Assembly (NCBI GenBank): GCA_003009755.1
Contig: PXUB01000036.1
Coordinates: 1-64,000, forward strand
Source: Thermoplasmatales archaeon SW_10_69_26
Lineage (GTDB): Archaea > Thermoplasmatota > SW-10-69-26
DNA length: 64,000 nucleotides
Direction: 5' to 3'
Part shown: piece by piece, positions 19,646 to 29,473 of the stretch
Layout: the number at the start of each line of letters is the position of its first letter
Position numbering within the stretch: position 1 is the stretch's first letter
The notes under the pieces: model-generated
Told to the model about the DNA's origin: nothing
Seen by the model: the letters and a program-made list of their open reading frames with translations, nothing else
The model's database searches: none
Made by a program: the position numbers and the translations under genes

Positions 19646-20335
19646 TCACTCGTCGGTGGGCAGGGACTCCTCGAAGAGGTCGTCCTGGACGACGTCGCCC
19701 CAGCCGGGGTTCGGCGGCGCGGGCGGAGCCACGGCGCCGGTGGTGACGTCGCCGGCGACGAACTGGTCGCTGTACTCGGAGTTCACGAAGCCGCTGTATT
19801 CCACGCTAGGTCCGCTGTAGCCTTCGTCCCATTCGGCATCGCCGCCGACGTTGCCCTCGTCGGTCTCGACGAAGAAGTCGGCGCTGATCGCGTTGTAGGT
19901 CCCGAATCGGGATTCGGATTGCGTCCAGCCTCCGTCGGCCTGGGCGGTGCCGACCGCGGCGTTCTCGGCCTTGGCGTCGAAGACGATGCCCTCGTCGCGG
20001 TACTCGCTGAAGAAGAAGCTATCGCAGGTCTCTTCGCCGCCGGCGAGCGCGGACGCGTCGGTACCCGAGCTGTCCTCGCTGGCCTCACCCGAGGCGTCCT
20101 CGCTGGCCTCAGCGGTGACGCCGGTGAAGGCCCGGTAGTCCTCGCAGGCCGAGCTCCCCTCGCCCGGGTCGCCCTCGCGAGTGTCCTCGGCGCAGACGCC
20201 GACGGAGAGAGTAACGGTCTCGTTCCCGGGAAGATCTCCAACGCACACCTCGCCTCCCTCGGCGCCGACGTTGGCGCCGATCATCATCATGCTAGCTAAC
20301 AGCGCGATACTCAGTAGTGTGGCAGCCTTCCTCAT
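19646..20335 (-). CDS. Secreted hypothetical protein
   Basis: Signal peptide MRKAATLLSIALLASMMMIGA; acidic; Pro-rich C-terminus. Confidence 0.7.
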   Translation of the reverse strand: MRKAATLLSIALLASMMMIGANVGAEGGEVCVGDLPGNETVTLSVGVCAEDTREGDPGEGSSACEDYRAFTGVTAEASEDASGEASEDSSGTDASALAGGEETCDSFFFSEYRDEGIVFDAKAENAAVGTAQADGGWTQSESRFGTYNAISADFFVETDEGNVGGDAEWDEGYSGPSVEYSGFVNSEYSDQFVAGDVTTGAVAPPAPPNPGWGDVVQDDLFEESLPTDE

Positions 20336-20472
20336 GGCTTCTCCCACTGTACGATTGTGTAGAATGAGTATAGGTTTTGGGGTGAGAGCTCGCCGATCGG
20401 CGGCGACCTGAAGCGTCGGGTGCGCCACCAGACAGGCAACCTTATGCCAGCCCCGGCGGGTTCGGGAGCCCC

Positions 20473-21159
20473 ATGGAGTTGGCGCCCGGTTTGCACGTGC
20501 TCGAGCTGGCCTATGAACGGGCAGGCGAGGACGTGCTCATCCACCCGACCTGCGTCGAGACGCGGCGAGGGCTCATGCTGTTCGACTGCGGTCTCCCGGA
20601 GAGCCTCGGCCAGATCGAGACCCAGCTGGCCGCCATCGACAAGAGCGTCGACCAGGTCGTCCGCGTCCTCGTCACCCACCAGGACGCCGACCACGCCGGC
20701 GCGCTGAACGAGCTGTTGACCCGGACGGGTGCCGAGACGCTGGCCCACGTGGACGATGCGCCCTACATCGACGGGCGCAAGCGGCCGCTCGGGACCGACG
20801 ACGAACACCGGTACCCGCCGGCACCGATCGACATGGGCGTCGTCGGCGGCGAACGGCTGCGCACGAAGGCCGGTCCGGCCCACCTCGTCCACACGCCCGG
20901 TCACACGCCCGGGCACCTGTCGATCTACTTCCCGCGGGACAAGCTGTTGATCGCCGGGGACGCGCTCGTGGCCGAAGCCGGCTGTTTGACCGGGCCGCGC
21001 CCCGCCTACACCCCAGACCTGGGCGCCGCCTACGAGAGCCTCGCCGTGCTGGCCGCTCTCGACATCGAGCGCGTGCACTGCTTCCACGGCGGCACCGTCG
21101 ACGCCGACGACGGCCGGATCGAAGCCATCGCCGACAAGGGCCCCTCGGGCCAGGCTTAA
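20473..21159 (+). CDS. MBL-fold metallo-hydrolase
   Basis: THQDADHAG, TPGHTPGH, IAGD, FHG. Confidence 0.9.
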   Translation: MELAPGLHVLELAYERAGEDVLIHPTCVETRRGLMLFDCGLPESLGQIETQLAAIDKSVDQVVRVLVTHQDADHAGALNELLTRTGAETLAHVDDAPYIDGRKRPLGTDDEHRYPPAPIDMGVVGGERLRTKAGPAHLVHTPGHTPGHLSIYFPRDKLLIAGDALVAEAGCLTGPRPAYTPDLGAAYESLAVLAALDIERVHCFHGGTVDADDGRIEAIADKGPSGQA

Positions 21160-21183
21160 GCCCTCGCGGCCTCTTCCATCGGT

Positions 21184-21696
21184 ATGACCCTGCTGGGCCT
21201 CCTGCAGACGAGCTCCAAGGCACCGACGGGGTTGCTCGTCGTCGTGGGCGTCTTCGCGCTCGCCCTCGCCCTGCTGGTCTTGCGCGGCCTCGTCGACTGG
21301 CTGTTCGGCACCGAGGCAGCGACCGCCAGCTACCGCCTGGTGGAAGCCGGCGAGGGCCTGGCCTTGACCGACGCCGACGAGGCCCGAGGCGGGCGGCTCG
21401 CCGGCCTGGACGAGGCCGCGATGGGGCGGCTGATCGATCGCGCGGAGAAGCGCAACGAGATGCGGCTGCACCGCGTGCTCGACCGCCAAGGCGGGCGCCA
21501 CGATTGGGAGGCCTGGCGGGCCGACCCGGACAGCCACGGTCCGGCGGCCGTGACGTTGGAGGACAGCAAGGGCATGGTCGAGATCCACGAAAGCGGCCGC
21601 GTGGAAGCCACGCCGCCGCTCGACGACGCGGTGCGCGGGGACCTGCTGGACGTGCTGCGCGGAGTGTTGGGTGAAGAGTTCCGCGGGCGTGATTGA
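21184..21696 (+). CDS. Hypothetical membrane protein
   Basis: N-terminal transmembrane helix; 170-aa ORF with typical codon bias. Confidence 0.65.
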   Translation: MTLLGLLQTSSKAPTGLLVVVGVFALALALLVLRGLVDWLFGTEAATASYRLVEAGEGLALTDADEARGGRLAGLDEAAMGRLIDRAEKRNEMRLHRVLDRQGGRHDWEAWRADPDSHGPAAVTLEDSKGMVEIHESGRVEATPPLDDAVRGDLLDVLRGVLGEEFRGRD

Positions 21697-22267
21697 CGCG
21701 GACCACACAGAGCCACAGAGGGTCAGAGCCACAGAGGCGGAGAAGGGACAGACCCCGATCAACAGACGACCCGTTCGAGGCCGTCGACGATCTTGGGGAC
21801 GTTGAAGTTGATGAGAAGCCCCAGGGGAGCCTCGGCCATCTCGAGGTAGGTTAGCAACTGGCTCTTGTGGACAGCGTGGAGCTCCTCGACGGCCTTGATC
21901 TCCAAGACCAAGCGCTCGTCGACCGTCAGATCGAGGCGGTAGTAGGCATCCAATTCCCTTCCTCGGAACCGAGCAGGGATGCAGACCTCCCGCGAGACCT
22001 CGTGGCCTTCGTCCCGGAGCACCTCCGTGAGGCACGATGCGTAGGCGCTCTCGACGAGCCCCGGACCCAACTCCTCGTGGACCTCGATGGCGGCTCCGAT
22101 CACGTCCCGGCTCAGGGCGTTGAGCGACCGCGAAGGCTCCTCCTCCATCGACCACGGTGCCGAGCAGGCGGGCCTTCACCCTTCCCCGGAAGCCGTGCAT
22201 ACCTTCCTGGTGCCCGGGCTTCTCCGTGTCTCCGGGCCTCCGTGCCTCTGTGTGGCCCGCGTCGATC
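21691..22267. repeat. Inverted arrays of 8-bp CACAGAGN units flanking the GxxExxY gene
   Basis: Left arm 21691-21745 GATTGACGCGGACCACACAGAGCCACAGAGG...; right arm 22219-22267 reverse-complements to GATCGACGCGGGCCACACAGAGGCACGGAGG... Confidence 0.85.
21759..22148 (-). CDS. GxxExxY protein (PD-(D/E)XK nuclease-like)
   Basis: IGAAIEVHEELGPGLVESAY, RLDLTVD..VLEIKAV, QLLTYL, GLLINFN; 129 aa. Confidence 0.93.
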   Translation of the reverse strand: MEEEPSRSLNALSRDVIGAAIEVHEELGPGLVESAYASCLTEVLRDEGHEVSREVCIPARFRGRELDAYYRLDLTVDERLVLEIKAVEELHAVHKSQLLTYLEMAEAPLGLLINFNVPKIVDGLERVVC

Positions 22268-22334
22268 GAGATCGAGCCAGGAACCGGTCCCCGAGGCCAA
22301 CGCTCTTAACGGGGCACCCTCTCCCTACGGCTTG

Positions 22335-24152
22335 ATGCTCGATGTCGTGGCGCGCGAGGGCCTGGCCCGCGCCGGCCGTTGGGACGCGGACGGCGAGGAC
22401 GTCCGCCTCCCCGCCGTGCTGCATCCCGACACCCAGCGCAGCCCGGCGCCGGACTTCGCCCAGCTGACGATCTCGACCGACCCGCTGGGCTCGGCCGCCA
22501 CGATCCGCTACGAGGGCACGCGCCTGACGCCCGAGGCCGACGAGACCGGCGAGGGCCTCTCGCTGCCGCGGGCCCTGATCTACCCGGGCGGCGTCGACGA
22601 ATCCCTGCAGAAGGCCGCCGACGAGCTGAACCGCGAGGAGGCCCCGATCCAGATCGTGCACGACCCGGCCGAGGTCGGACCCGTCACCGGCCTGCTCGTG
22701 CTGCCTCGCGCCCGCGAGGTCGCCGACGACGCCTGGCGGCTGGCCGGCTTCCTGACGACGGCCCGCCGACGCGCCGGCCCCAACGCCGTCATCTATGCCC
22801 CGGGCATCGGCCGCCCCGACCAGATCGCCCTGGCCGCTTACGCCGGCGTGGACGTCTTCGACGGGCTCGAGGCCTCGCTGGCCGCCCTCTCGGACACCTA
22901 TTCGCGCGTCGAGCGCCCCGAGGGCAGCGCGCCGCCAGAGCACCCGGCCTGCGCGTGTCCGGCCTGCCGGGACGCCGATCGGGAGGGCTGGACGCTGGAC
23001 CGACTGCGCGAGCACAACCGCCGCGAGCAACGCGCCGAAGTCCGCCGCGTGCGGCAAGCGATCGCCGACGGACGGCTGCGCGAGCTCGTCGAGCAGCGCG
23101 TCCGCGCCTCGCCGGCCCACCTGGCGACGCTGCGCCGCCTCGACGAGGATCACGGCGACCTGTACGAGCGGTACGCGCCGACCGTGCGCGAGGACGAGCT
23201 GCCCGTCGTGGGCCGCCGCTCGCTGTCCCGGCCCGAGGTCACCCGCTGGCTCGACCGCCTGGAGACCCGCTACCAGGCGCCCGAGAGCGCCCGCACGCTC
23301 GTCGCGTTGCCCTGCTCGGCGACCAAGCCCTACGGCAACTCGCCCACGCACCAGCGGATCCGGCCCGCGATCAAGCACAACGCCCGCGGCCGTGCTCACG
23401 TGGTCACTTTCACCTCGCCGTTGGGCGCGGTGCCCGAGGAGCTGGAGCTGATGTACCCGGCCCATCGCTACGAGGTGCCGGTGACCGGCGACTGGAACGA
23501 GCGGGAGGAGCAGGTCATCCGGCGCGCCTTCGAGGCGATCTGGAAGAACGGCGGCTACGACCAGGCGATCTTGCACGTCCCACCCGACGAGGCTGACATC
23601 GTCGAAGAGGCGCTGCCACGCGCCGAGCGCACCGTCGAACCCGGCGAGCGGCCGACCGACGACGAGGCGACCGACCGCCTGGGCGAGGCCGTGCGCGCCA
23701 GCGTCGGCGACGACCAGGCGATCGCCCGCGACGACATGTTCGCCGAGCACATGGACAACCGGATCGACTGGCAGTTCGGGCCCGGCGTGGCCGACGTGCT
23801 CGCCGAGGACACCTGGATCCGCGGCAAGTACCCCTGGCTGCGCCTGATGCACGGGGAGGACCAGCTGGCGATGATCAAGCCCGAGCGCGGCGCGCTCACC
23901 CTCACCGAGCCCGGCGGTCGCCGCCTGCACGAGGCGACGGACGCCTACACGATCGAGATCGACGACTTCCGACCGAAAGGCACCGTGTTCGCCGCCGGCG
24001 TCACGGGGGCCAGCGAGGCGATCCGCCCCGAGGACGAGGTCGTCTGCGTCCACGAGGGCGAGCTGCGCGCCGTCGGCCGCGCCACGGCGCCGGGCGAGAT
24101 CATGGCCGACATGGACGCCGGCGGTTGCGCCGAGGTGAGGCACCGTGGTTGA
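22335..24152 (+). CDS. arcS: Archaeosine synthase subunit alpha (ArcS/TgtA2)
   Basis: TGT-like N-terminus with CACPAC and HN, LRELVEQR, PCSATKPYGNSPTH, TSPLGAVPEELE, C-terminal PUA domain. Confidence 0.9.
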   Translation: MLDVVAREGLARAGRWDADGEDVRLPAVLHPDTQRSPAPDFAQLTISTDPLGSAATIRYEGTRLTPEADETGEGLSLPRALIYPGGVDESLQKAADELNREEAPIQIVHDPAEVGPVTGLLVLPRAREVADDAWRLAGFLTTARRRAGPNAVIYAPGIGRPDQIALAAYAGVDVFDGLEASLAALSDTYSRVERPEGSAPPEHPACACPACRDADREGWTLDRLREHNRREQRAEVRRVRQAIADGRLRELVEQRVRASPAHLATLRRLDEDHGDLYERYAPTVREDELPVVGRRSLSRPEVTRWLDRLETRYQAPESARTLVALPCSATKPYGNSPTHQRIRPAIKHNARGRAHVVTFTSPLGAVPEELELMYPAHRYEVPVTGDWNEREEQVIRRAFEAIWKNGGYDQAILHVPPDEADIVEEALPRAERTVEPGERPTDDEATDRLGEAVRASVGDDQAIARDDMFAEHMDNRIDWQFGPGVADVLAEDTWIRGKYPWLRLMHGEDQLAMIKPERGALTLTEPGGRRLHEATDAYTIEIDDFRPKGTVFAAGVTGASEAIRPEDEVVCVHEGELRAVGRATAPGEIMADMDAGGCAEVRHRG

Positions 24153-24424
24153 GCAACTGAACACCGCCGTTCGCCACCCCCGAATCGCAAGCTTGCGGGT
24201 GGGGTCGGCAGATCGGGTTCCCCGCAAGGGGCCCGAGCGACGGAAGGGTTGCCAGTCCCTTTCGAGCGACGGGCGAGGCAGCGCGGAGCCCGAGATGGCG
24301 AGCCAGCGGACGGCGGCCACAAGCGGCCGCTCGACCCTTCGAGTTCTCACCCCTTCCGGTCGCCGACCCATGCTTGCGACCCCGGAGGTCCGCCATGCTT
24401 GAACAGTTGAACACCGCCGTCCGC
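24132..24424 (+). other. Structured insert flanked by a recoded duplication of the arcS-raSEA junction
   Basis: 24132-24174 and 24385-24424 both encode EVRH..stop overlapping M(V/L)EQLNTAVR; nested stems and a GCAA tetraloop lie between them. Confidence 0.75.
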
Positions 24425-25501
24425 GACTCCCGCAAGCTCGATCAACGAGACGAGGACCCCTCCGAGCCGAGCCGGGTGTGGAGCGAGGAGGAGGTCATCG
24501 ACGGCGAGACGCACCAGGCCTTGACCGTGATCTTGCGGACCCGCGGCTGCACGTGGGCGATCAAGGGCGGGTGCTCGATGTGCGGGTACATCAACGACTC
24601 GTTCGTCAAGAACATCACCGCCGACCACCTCGTCGAGCAGTTCGAGACCGCGCTCGAGCGCTTCGACGATCACACCGTCATCAAGCTCTACACGAGCGGC
24701 TCCTTCCTCGACGACACCGAGGTCCACGCCGAAGCCCAGCGTCGGATCCTCGACCAGGTGCCCGACCCGGTCGTCCGCTTCCAGTCGGAGGCCCAGGCCC
24801 ACCACGTGACCGAGGACAAGCTCGAGGACCTGCGCCACCGGCTGCCCGACGGGTGCGAGTTCGCGCTCGGCATCGGGATGGAGGCCTCCTCCGACGACGT
24901 GCTGGAGTACAGCGTCAACAACGAGTTCGACGTCGCCGACTACGAGAACGCGGCTCGCGTGGCTGAGGACTACGACACGCTGCTGAAGTGCTACGTCCTC
25001 GTCAAGCCGCCGTTCCTGACCGAGCGGGAGGCGATCGAGGAGGCCGTCGTGACCGCCGAGCGCATCACCGGCACGCCCGCGCTGGAGGCGTTGTCCTTCA
25101 ACCCGATCAGCGTGCACAAGAACACGCTCGTCGAGCGCATGTGGGAGGACGGCGACTACTCGCCTCCCTGGCTTTGGAGCGTGGCCGAGGTCCTCACCCG
25201 CGTCGACGACATCGCCGACACGCAGGTCCACAGCGACGTCGTCGCCGGTGGCAAGCCGCGGGGCGCCCACAACTGCGGGGAGTGCGACGACGACGTGCTC
25301 CGCGCCATCGACGCCTACAAGAAGACCGGCGACCCGGCCGTCTTCGACCGCGTCGACTGCGAGTGCAAGGAGATCTGGCGCGAGCAGCTGGAGCTCGAGG
25401 GCCTGGGCCTGGCCGGCGGCTCGTTGGCCGAGCGCTTCCGGCAGGCCGCGGGCGACGTGGATGGCTCCCGTCGGGCCGCCGAGCAGTGGTACGAGGGCTA
25501 G
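24395..25501 (+). CDS. raSEA: Archaeosine biosynthesis radical SAM protein RaSEA
   Basis: LTVILRTRGCTWAIKGGCSMCGY, YTSGSFLD, KPPFLTE, YSPPWLWS, RGAHNCGECD; adjacent to arcS. Confidence 0.9.
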   Translation: MLEQLNTAVRDSRKLDQRDEDPSEPSRVWSEEEVIDGETHQALTVILRTRGCTWAIKGGCSMCGYINDSFVKNITADHLVEQFETALERFDDHTVIKLYTSGSFLDDTEVHAEAQRRILDQVPDPVVRFQSEAQAHHVTEDKLEDLRHRLPDGCEFALGIGMEASSDDVLEYSVNNEFDVADYENAARVAEDYDTLLKCYVLVKPPFLTEREAIEEAVVTAERITGTPALEALSFNPISVHKNTLVERMWEDGDYSPPWLWSVAEVLTRVDDIADTQVHSDVVAGGKPRGAHNCGECDDDVLRAIDAYKKTGDPAVFDRVDCECKEIWREQLELEGLGLAGGSLAERFRQAAGDVDGSRRAAEQWYEG

Positions 25502-25502
25502 G

Positions 25503-26711
25503 TCAGCAGACGGCCCGCAGCGTGTCGTCGGCGTCGACGAGCCCGTGACCGTGGGCCGCGTCGGGGCCGGCGTCACCGAGATCGGTGGCTTGCGTCGTGA
25601 TCGCCGAAGCGATCGCGTCGCTCGTCGCGGCCGGGCAGTGGCTGGCCGCTAACGCGGCCACGCCGGCGACGTGGGCGGCGGCGAGGCTCGTGCCGGACGA
25701 GGTGCACAGTCCGTCGAGCGTGGTCCCGCAAAGCGTGCTGGTGCGGGGGGCGGTCGTGACGACGTCCTCGCCGGGAGCCACGACGTCGACCGCCGGTCCG
25801 CCATTCGAGAACGGCGAGCGTTCGGTGGTGGGCCCCACGGATCCGACCGCGAGCACGTCGTCGGAGCTCGCGGGTTCCTGGACGCCGTGGTCGTGGCCGT
25901 CGTTGCCGGTCCCGGCGACGAGGAGGGTCCCGCTCGCGGCGGCCGTGGAGACGGCGGCATCCAGCTCGGGGCACAGGTTGCTCCCCCCGGCATCGCACTC
26001 GCCAGCGAGGCCCAGGGAGACGATGTCGGCGCCGTCTTCGGTCGCGTCGAGCAGGTGGGAGGCGACGGCGCTGGCCGGCGCCGAGCCGCTGGCGCCGAGC
26101 GTGGGCTGGCTGGCGAGATCGACCTCGGCCATCCCGGCGACGCCGATCCCGTTGTCTCGTTCGGCGGTCGCGACGCCGGCGACGGCGGTGCCGTGGCCGT
26201 TCGCGTCCGCGATGCAAGCGTCCTCGCAGGCGCGGCGGAGGTCGGGATGGCTCGCGTCGACGCCGGTGTCGAGCACGGTCAGCTGCACGTCCGTCGACCC
26301 GGGCTCGGTCGTCCAGGCCTTGGGGGCGTCGATAAGCTGGGGGCCGTACTGGTCCGACCAGGCGGGGTCGTCGGGTGCCGAGGCGGACCTCAGCCGGACG
26401 TCGTAGTCGGCGAAGGAGACGTCCGATCGCTGCCGGAGGTCCTCGACGAAAGCGCTGGCGTTGCTGCGGCTGCTGACGTCGAAGGCGACGAGGCTGAGGC
26501 GTGGGTCCTCGAGCACGACGAGTGCGCCGTGCTGGGCCGCCCAGACGCGGATGTCGTCCGGGATGGACCCCTCGAAGATCGCCTTGACGCGGTCGTAGTC
26601 GATCTCGGCGCTCGCGGAGTCGTCCTCGGCCGCGGCGAGCGGACCCGAGGCGGGACCCACCGCCAGCGCGACCGCGAACAGGATCGCTGTGCCTCGCCTG
26701 CCTCCAAGCAC
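25503..26711 (-). CDS. Secreted subtilisin-like serine protease (S8)
   Basis: Catalytic motifs LDTG, HGT and SGTS; signal peptide and propeptide. Start approximate. Confidence 0.88.
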   Translation of the reverse strand: MLGGRRGTAILFAVALAVGPASGPLAAAEDDSASAEIDYDRVKAIFEGSIPDDIRVWAAQHGALVVLEDPRLSLVAFDVSSRSNASAFVEDLRQRSDVSFADYDVRLRSASAPDDPAWSDQYGPQLIDAPKAWTTEPGSTDVQLTVLDTGVDASHPDLRRACEDACIADANGHGTAVAGVATAERDNGIGVAGMAEVDLASQPTLGASGSAPASAVASHLLDATEDGADIVSLGLAGECDAGGSNLCPELDAAVSTAAASGTLLVAGTGNDGHDHGVQEPASSDDVLAVGSVGPTTERSPFSNGGPAVDVVAPGEDVVTTAPRTSTLCGTTLDGLCTSSGTSLAAAHVAGVAALAASHCPAATSDAIASAITTQATDLGDAGPDAAHGHGLVDADDTLRAVC

Positions 26712-26748
26712 GCGCGAGCGAACCGTTCGAGCGTACAAAAACCTGGTG

Positions 26749-28428
26749 TCACCGCGTCCCGGGCTCGGCTTCGCCCCGCCGTTCGGGCTCGGCCAGCACC
26801 GAGCGCCCGGGGACGGTGACCGTGAACCGCGCCCCTGCTCCTGGCTCGGAGTCCACGCCGATCTCGCCGCCCAGGCGCTCGACCAACCGACGGACGCGGG
26901 CCAGCCCCATGCGCGCCTGCTGGCCCTCGGGCGCCGGGCTCCGCGGGCGGAACGGTTCGAAGATCTGCTCGTGCAAGCGAGGGTCGATGCCCTGGCCGTC
27001 GTCCTCGACAACGACGCGCCACCCGTCGTCGGTCGGTTCGCTGTCCACCCAGACGTTCACCGGGTCCCGGCCGGCGTGCTGGTGGGCGTTGACGAGCAGG
27101 TGCTCCAGGATGGCGCGGATCGCGAGGGGATCGGCCGTGATCTCGTCCAGCTCGCCGGTATGCACGCGCAGCTCGGGCGGGTCGTCGACGTCGATGGCCT
27201 CGAGCGCATCCGACAGCGCCTCCGCGAGGTCCACGGGCCGGGTCCTCAGCCGACGCTCGTCGACCTCGGCGAACCGGTGGAGGGCCCGCACGAGCGCATC
27301 CAACCGACGGGCGCGCTGGACGACGAACGCCAGATCCTCCCGGCTGTCCTCGGAGAGCTCGTGCTCGCGACGTTCGAGGCGCTGCAGGTAGCGGACGATG
27401 TCACGCAGCGGCTCGCGCAGGTCGTGGGCTGTGACGGAGGCGTAGCGAGCCAGCGCCTCGTTCGACTGCTCGAGGGCGCGGGCGTGGTCGCGCAGCCGCC
27501 GCTCGGCGAGCTTGCGCTCGGTCACGTCGGTCGCCACGACGACGGCGGTCTCCACCCCGTCGCCCAGCGGACCGGCCACGCACCGGTACGTGGCCCTCTC
27601 GTCCGGGCGGCGCCCGGCGGTGACCTCGTATTCGACGGTGGCGCCCTCGTCGAACACGCTGTCCAGCGCTCGCCGGGATCGAGCCAGGGCGGCCTCGTCC
27701 ATCCAGCCGGGCAACGACGCGGCCAGTCCCGCCCCGCGATCCGTGGGCTCCCTGCCGAGGTCCTCGACGTGGACGACGGCCACGTCGCCGGGGACGGTGC
27801 CGAGGACGTCCTCGAAGGCTCGCTCGGTCCGCGATCGTCGGATCTCGGCCTCGAGGTAGCTGGCCGAGGACAGAGCCGACAGCATCCCGGTGAGAACGAG
27901 CAGGCCCACGCGGAGCACGATGTCCACCCTCGCGATCGGGTCACCGACGAGGGTCAGCGTCACCAGGTAGCCGACACCGTAGGCGGTCCCGAAGGCCAGG
28001 CTGTCGCGCAGCCCGTACCGGTAGGCGACGGCCGCCATCGAGACGTACAACAGGGGCGTCAGGGGGGAGCCCGCGCCGCCGGTGACGGCGAGGAACGCCA
28101 GGATCGCGACGGCGTCGCCGACGGAGGTGGCCAGCGCCCGACGGGGGAGGCTGCCCCAGTCGCGAACGTGGGCGAGGTGGGCGAGCGCGGTGTGCGCGGT
28201 CGCCACGGCGAGCACGGTGCCGAACGGCCACGGGGGGAACCGTCCCCAGAGGAACGGGACCGTCAGCCAGACGAACGCGGCGACGAGGTCCCGGACGAGC
28301 GCGACGTGGGACTCGGCCCGCTGGAGCTTCCGTCGGCGAGCCCGGTCGAACCGCTCCCCTGGTGTGGGCTCGGCGGGGACCAGATCGGGCCCTCGCCGAC
28401 CGACGGGGCCCTCGTCACCGGGGGACAC
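26749..28428 (-). CDS. Membrane sensor histidine kinase
   Basis: Transmembrane region, PAS/PAC-like segment, H-box THDLREPL, N-box LLVNA, DDGQGID, GLARV, GEIGVDSEPGAG. Start approximate. Confidence 0.88.
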   Translation of the reverse strand: MSPGDEGPVGRRGPDLVPAEPTPGERFDRARRRKLQRAESHVALVRDLVAAFVWLTVPFLWGRFPPWPFGTVLAVATAHTALAHLAHVRDWGSLPRRALATSVGDAVAILAFLAVTGGAGSPLTPLLYVSMAAVAYRYGLRDSLAFGTAYGVGYLVTLTLVGDPIARVDIVLRVGLLVLTGMLSALSSASYLEAEIRRSRTERAFEDVLGTVPGDVAVVHVEDLGREPTDRGAGLAASLPGWMDEAALARSRRALDSVFDEGATVEYEVTAGRRPDERATYRCVAGPLGDGVETAVVVATDVTERKLAERRLRDHARALEQSNEALARYASVTAHDLREPLRDIVRYLQRLERREHELSEDSREDLAFVVQRARRLDALVRALHRFAEVDERRLRTRPVDLAEALSDALEAIDVDDPPELRVHTGELDEITADPLAIRAILEHLLVNAHQHAGRDPVNVWVDSEPTDDGWRVVVEDDGQGIDPRLHEQIFEPFRPRSPAPEGQQARMGLARVRRLVERLGGEIGVDSEPGAGARFTVTVPGRSVLAEPERRGEAEPGTR

Positions 28429-28480
28429 GATGGAGGGTTCGGCTGGCCGGGCTGGTGAACGTTCCTCGGGCCTGACATGT

Positions 28481-29473
28481 TCAGCCCGAGGGTTCCCACA
28501 GGTCTCGGGTCCTCGCCTGGGCGTCGGGGTCTTGGTCGACCCAGGCCGGCGTCCGGCGGGCGGTGACGACCGCGCCCACGGGCTCGCCGGCGTCGAGGAT
28601 CGGGGCCGCACGGCACCAGAAGCTCGCGGTCGCCTGGCTGGCCTCGGCGGAGGTGCGGTACTCGACGGTCTCCCGCTCGTCGATCGCGGAGCCGATGGCG
28701 GCCGCGTGCAATCCCCGCGCCTGAGGGTCGGTCGGGGAGGCGAGCCCGATCCGGGCCACGGACGCGTTCGCGTACTCGACGCGGCCGTCCTCGTCGGTGA
28801 GCACGATCACGTCGGGGACGTCCTCGAGCACGGCGGCGAATCGGCGATCCATCGTCTCGATGGCGTCGACCAGGCGGCGGGTCCGATCGCGGTGGTCGTG
28901 GTGCATGTCGACGTAGCCTTCGGCGGCCAAGCCGACGATGGCGCCGATCAAGGGGACGTAGAGGGCGCGCAGGCCGAACCCGATCCACGATCCGACGCCG
29001 CCGGCGACCAGGCACACGGCGGCGTAGGCGCCGACGTAGGCGCTGCCGATGGCCGTGGTGATCGGGAGGTTGAACCGGTACCCGACGGCCGCGATCGAGG
29101 CGTACATCACGGGGTAGTAGGGCGAGGCCCAGCCCCCGGTGGCGGCCAGCCAGGCCGCGATCGCGACGGCGTCGACGCCGACGGTGAAGAGGCTCCAGGC
29201 CATCTCCCCGAAGGACGGCCGGGACGGGAAGACCACGGTCGCGGTCGCGTACACGAACGCCAGCCCCAGGACGGCCAGCGCGATCCGGGACATCCCGGTC
29301 CCGTCGACCCCGAAGGCCAGGAACGCGAGGCCGTTGAGGACGACGACGGCCAGCCGCATCATCGCGACGTCCTCCTCGGCGCGCTCCAGCTTGGCGAGGA
29401 ACGGGAACCGCTCTGGGGTCAGCTCGTCGAACCCGATCCACGAGCGCAAGCGGTCGGTCACCGAGTCTCTCAC
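28481..29473 (-). CDS. Membrane protein with PAS-like domain, paralog of the kinase sensor region
   Basis: ATGGWASPYYPVMYASIAAVGYRF matches VTGGAGSPLTPLLYVSMAAVAYRY of the kinase; no kinase core. Confidence 0.75.
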   Translation of the reverse strand: MRDSVTDRLRSWIGFDELTPERFPFLAKLERAEEDVAMMRLAVVVLNGLAFLAFGVDGTGMSRIALAVLGLAFVYATATVVFPSRPSFGEMAWSLFTVGVDAVAIAAWLAATGGWASPYYPVMYASIAAVGYRFNLPITTAIGSAYVGAYAAVCLVAGGVGSWIGFGLRALYVPLIGAIVGLAAEGYVDMHHDHRDRTRRLVDAIETMDRRFAAVLEDVPDVIVLTDEDGRVEYANASVARIGLASPTDPQARGLHAAAIGSAIDERETVEYRTSAEASQATASFWCRAAPILDAGEPVGAVVTARRTPAWVDQDPDAQARTRDLWEPSG

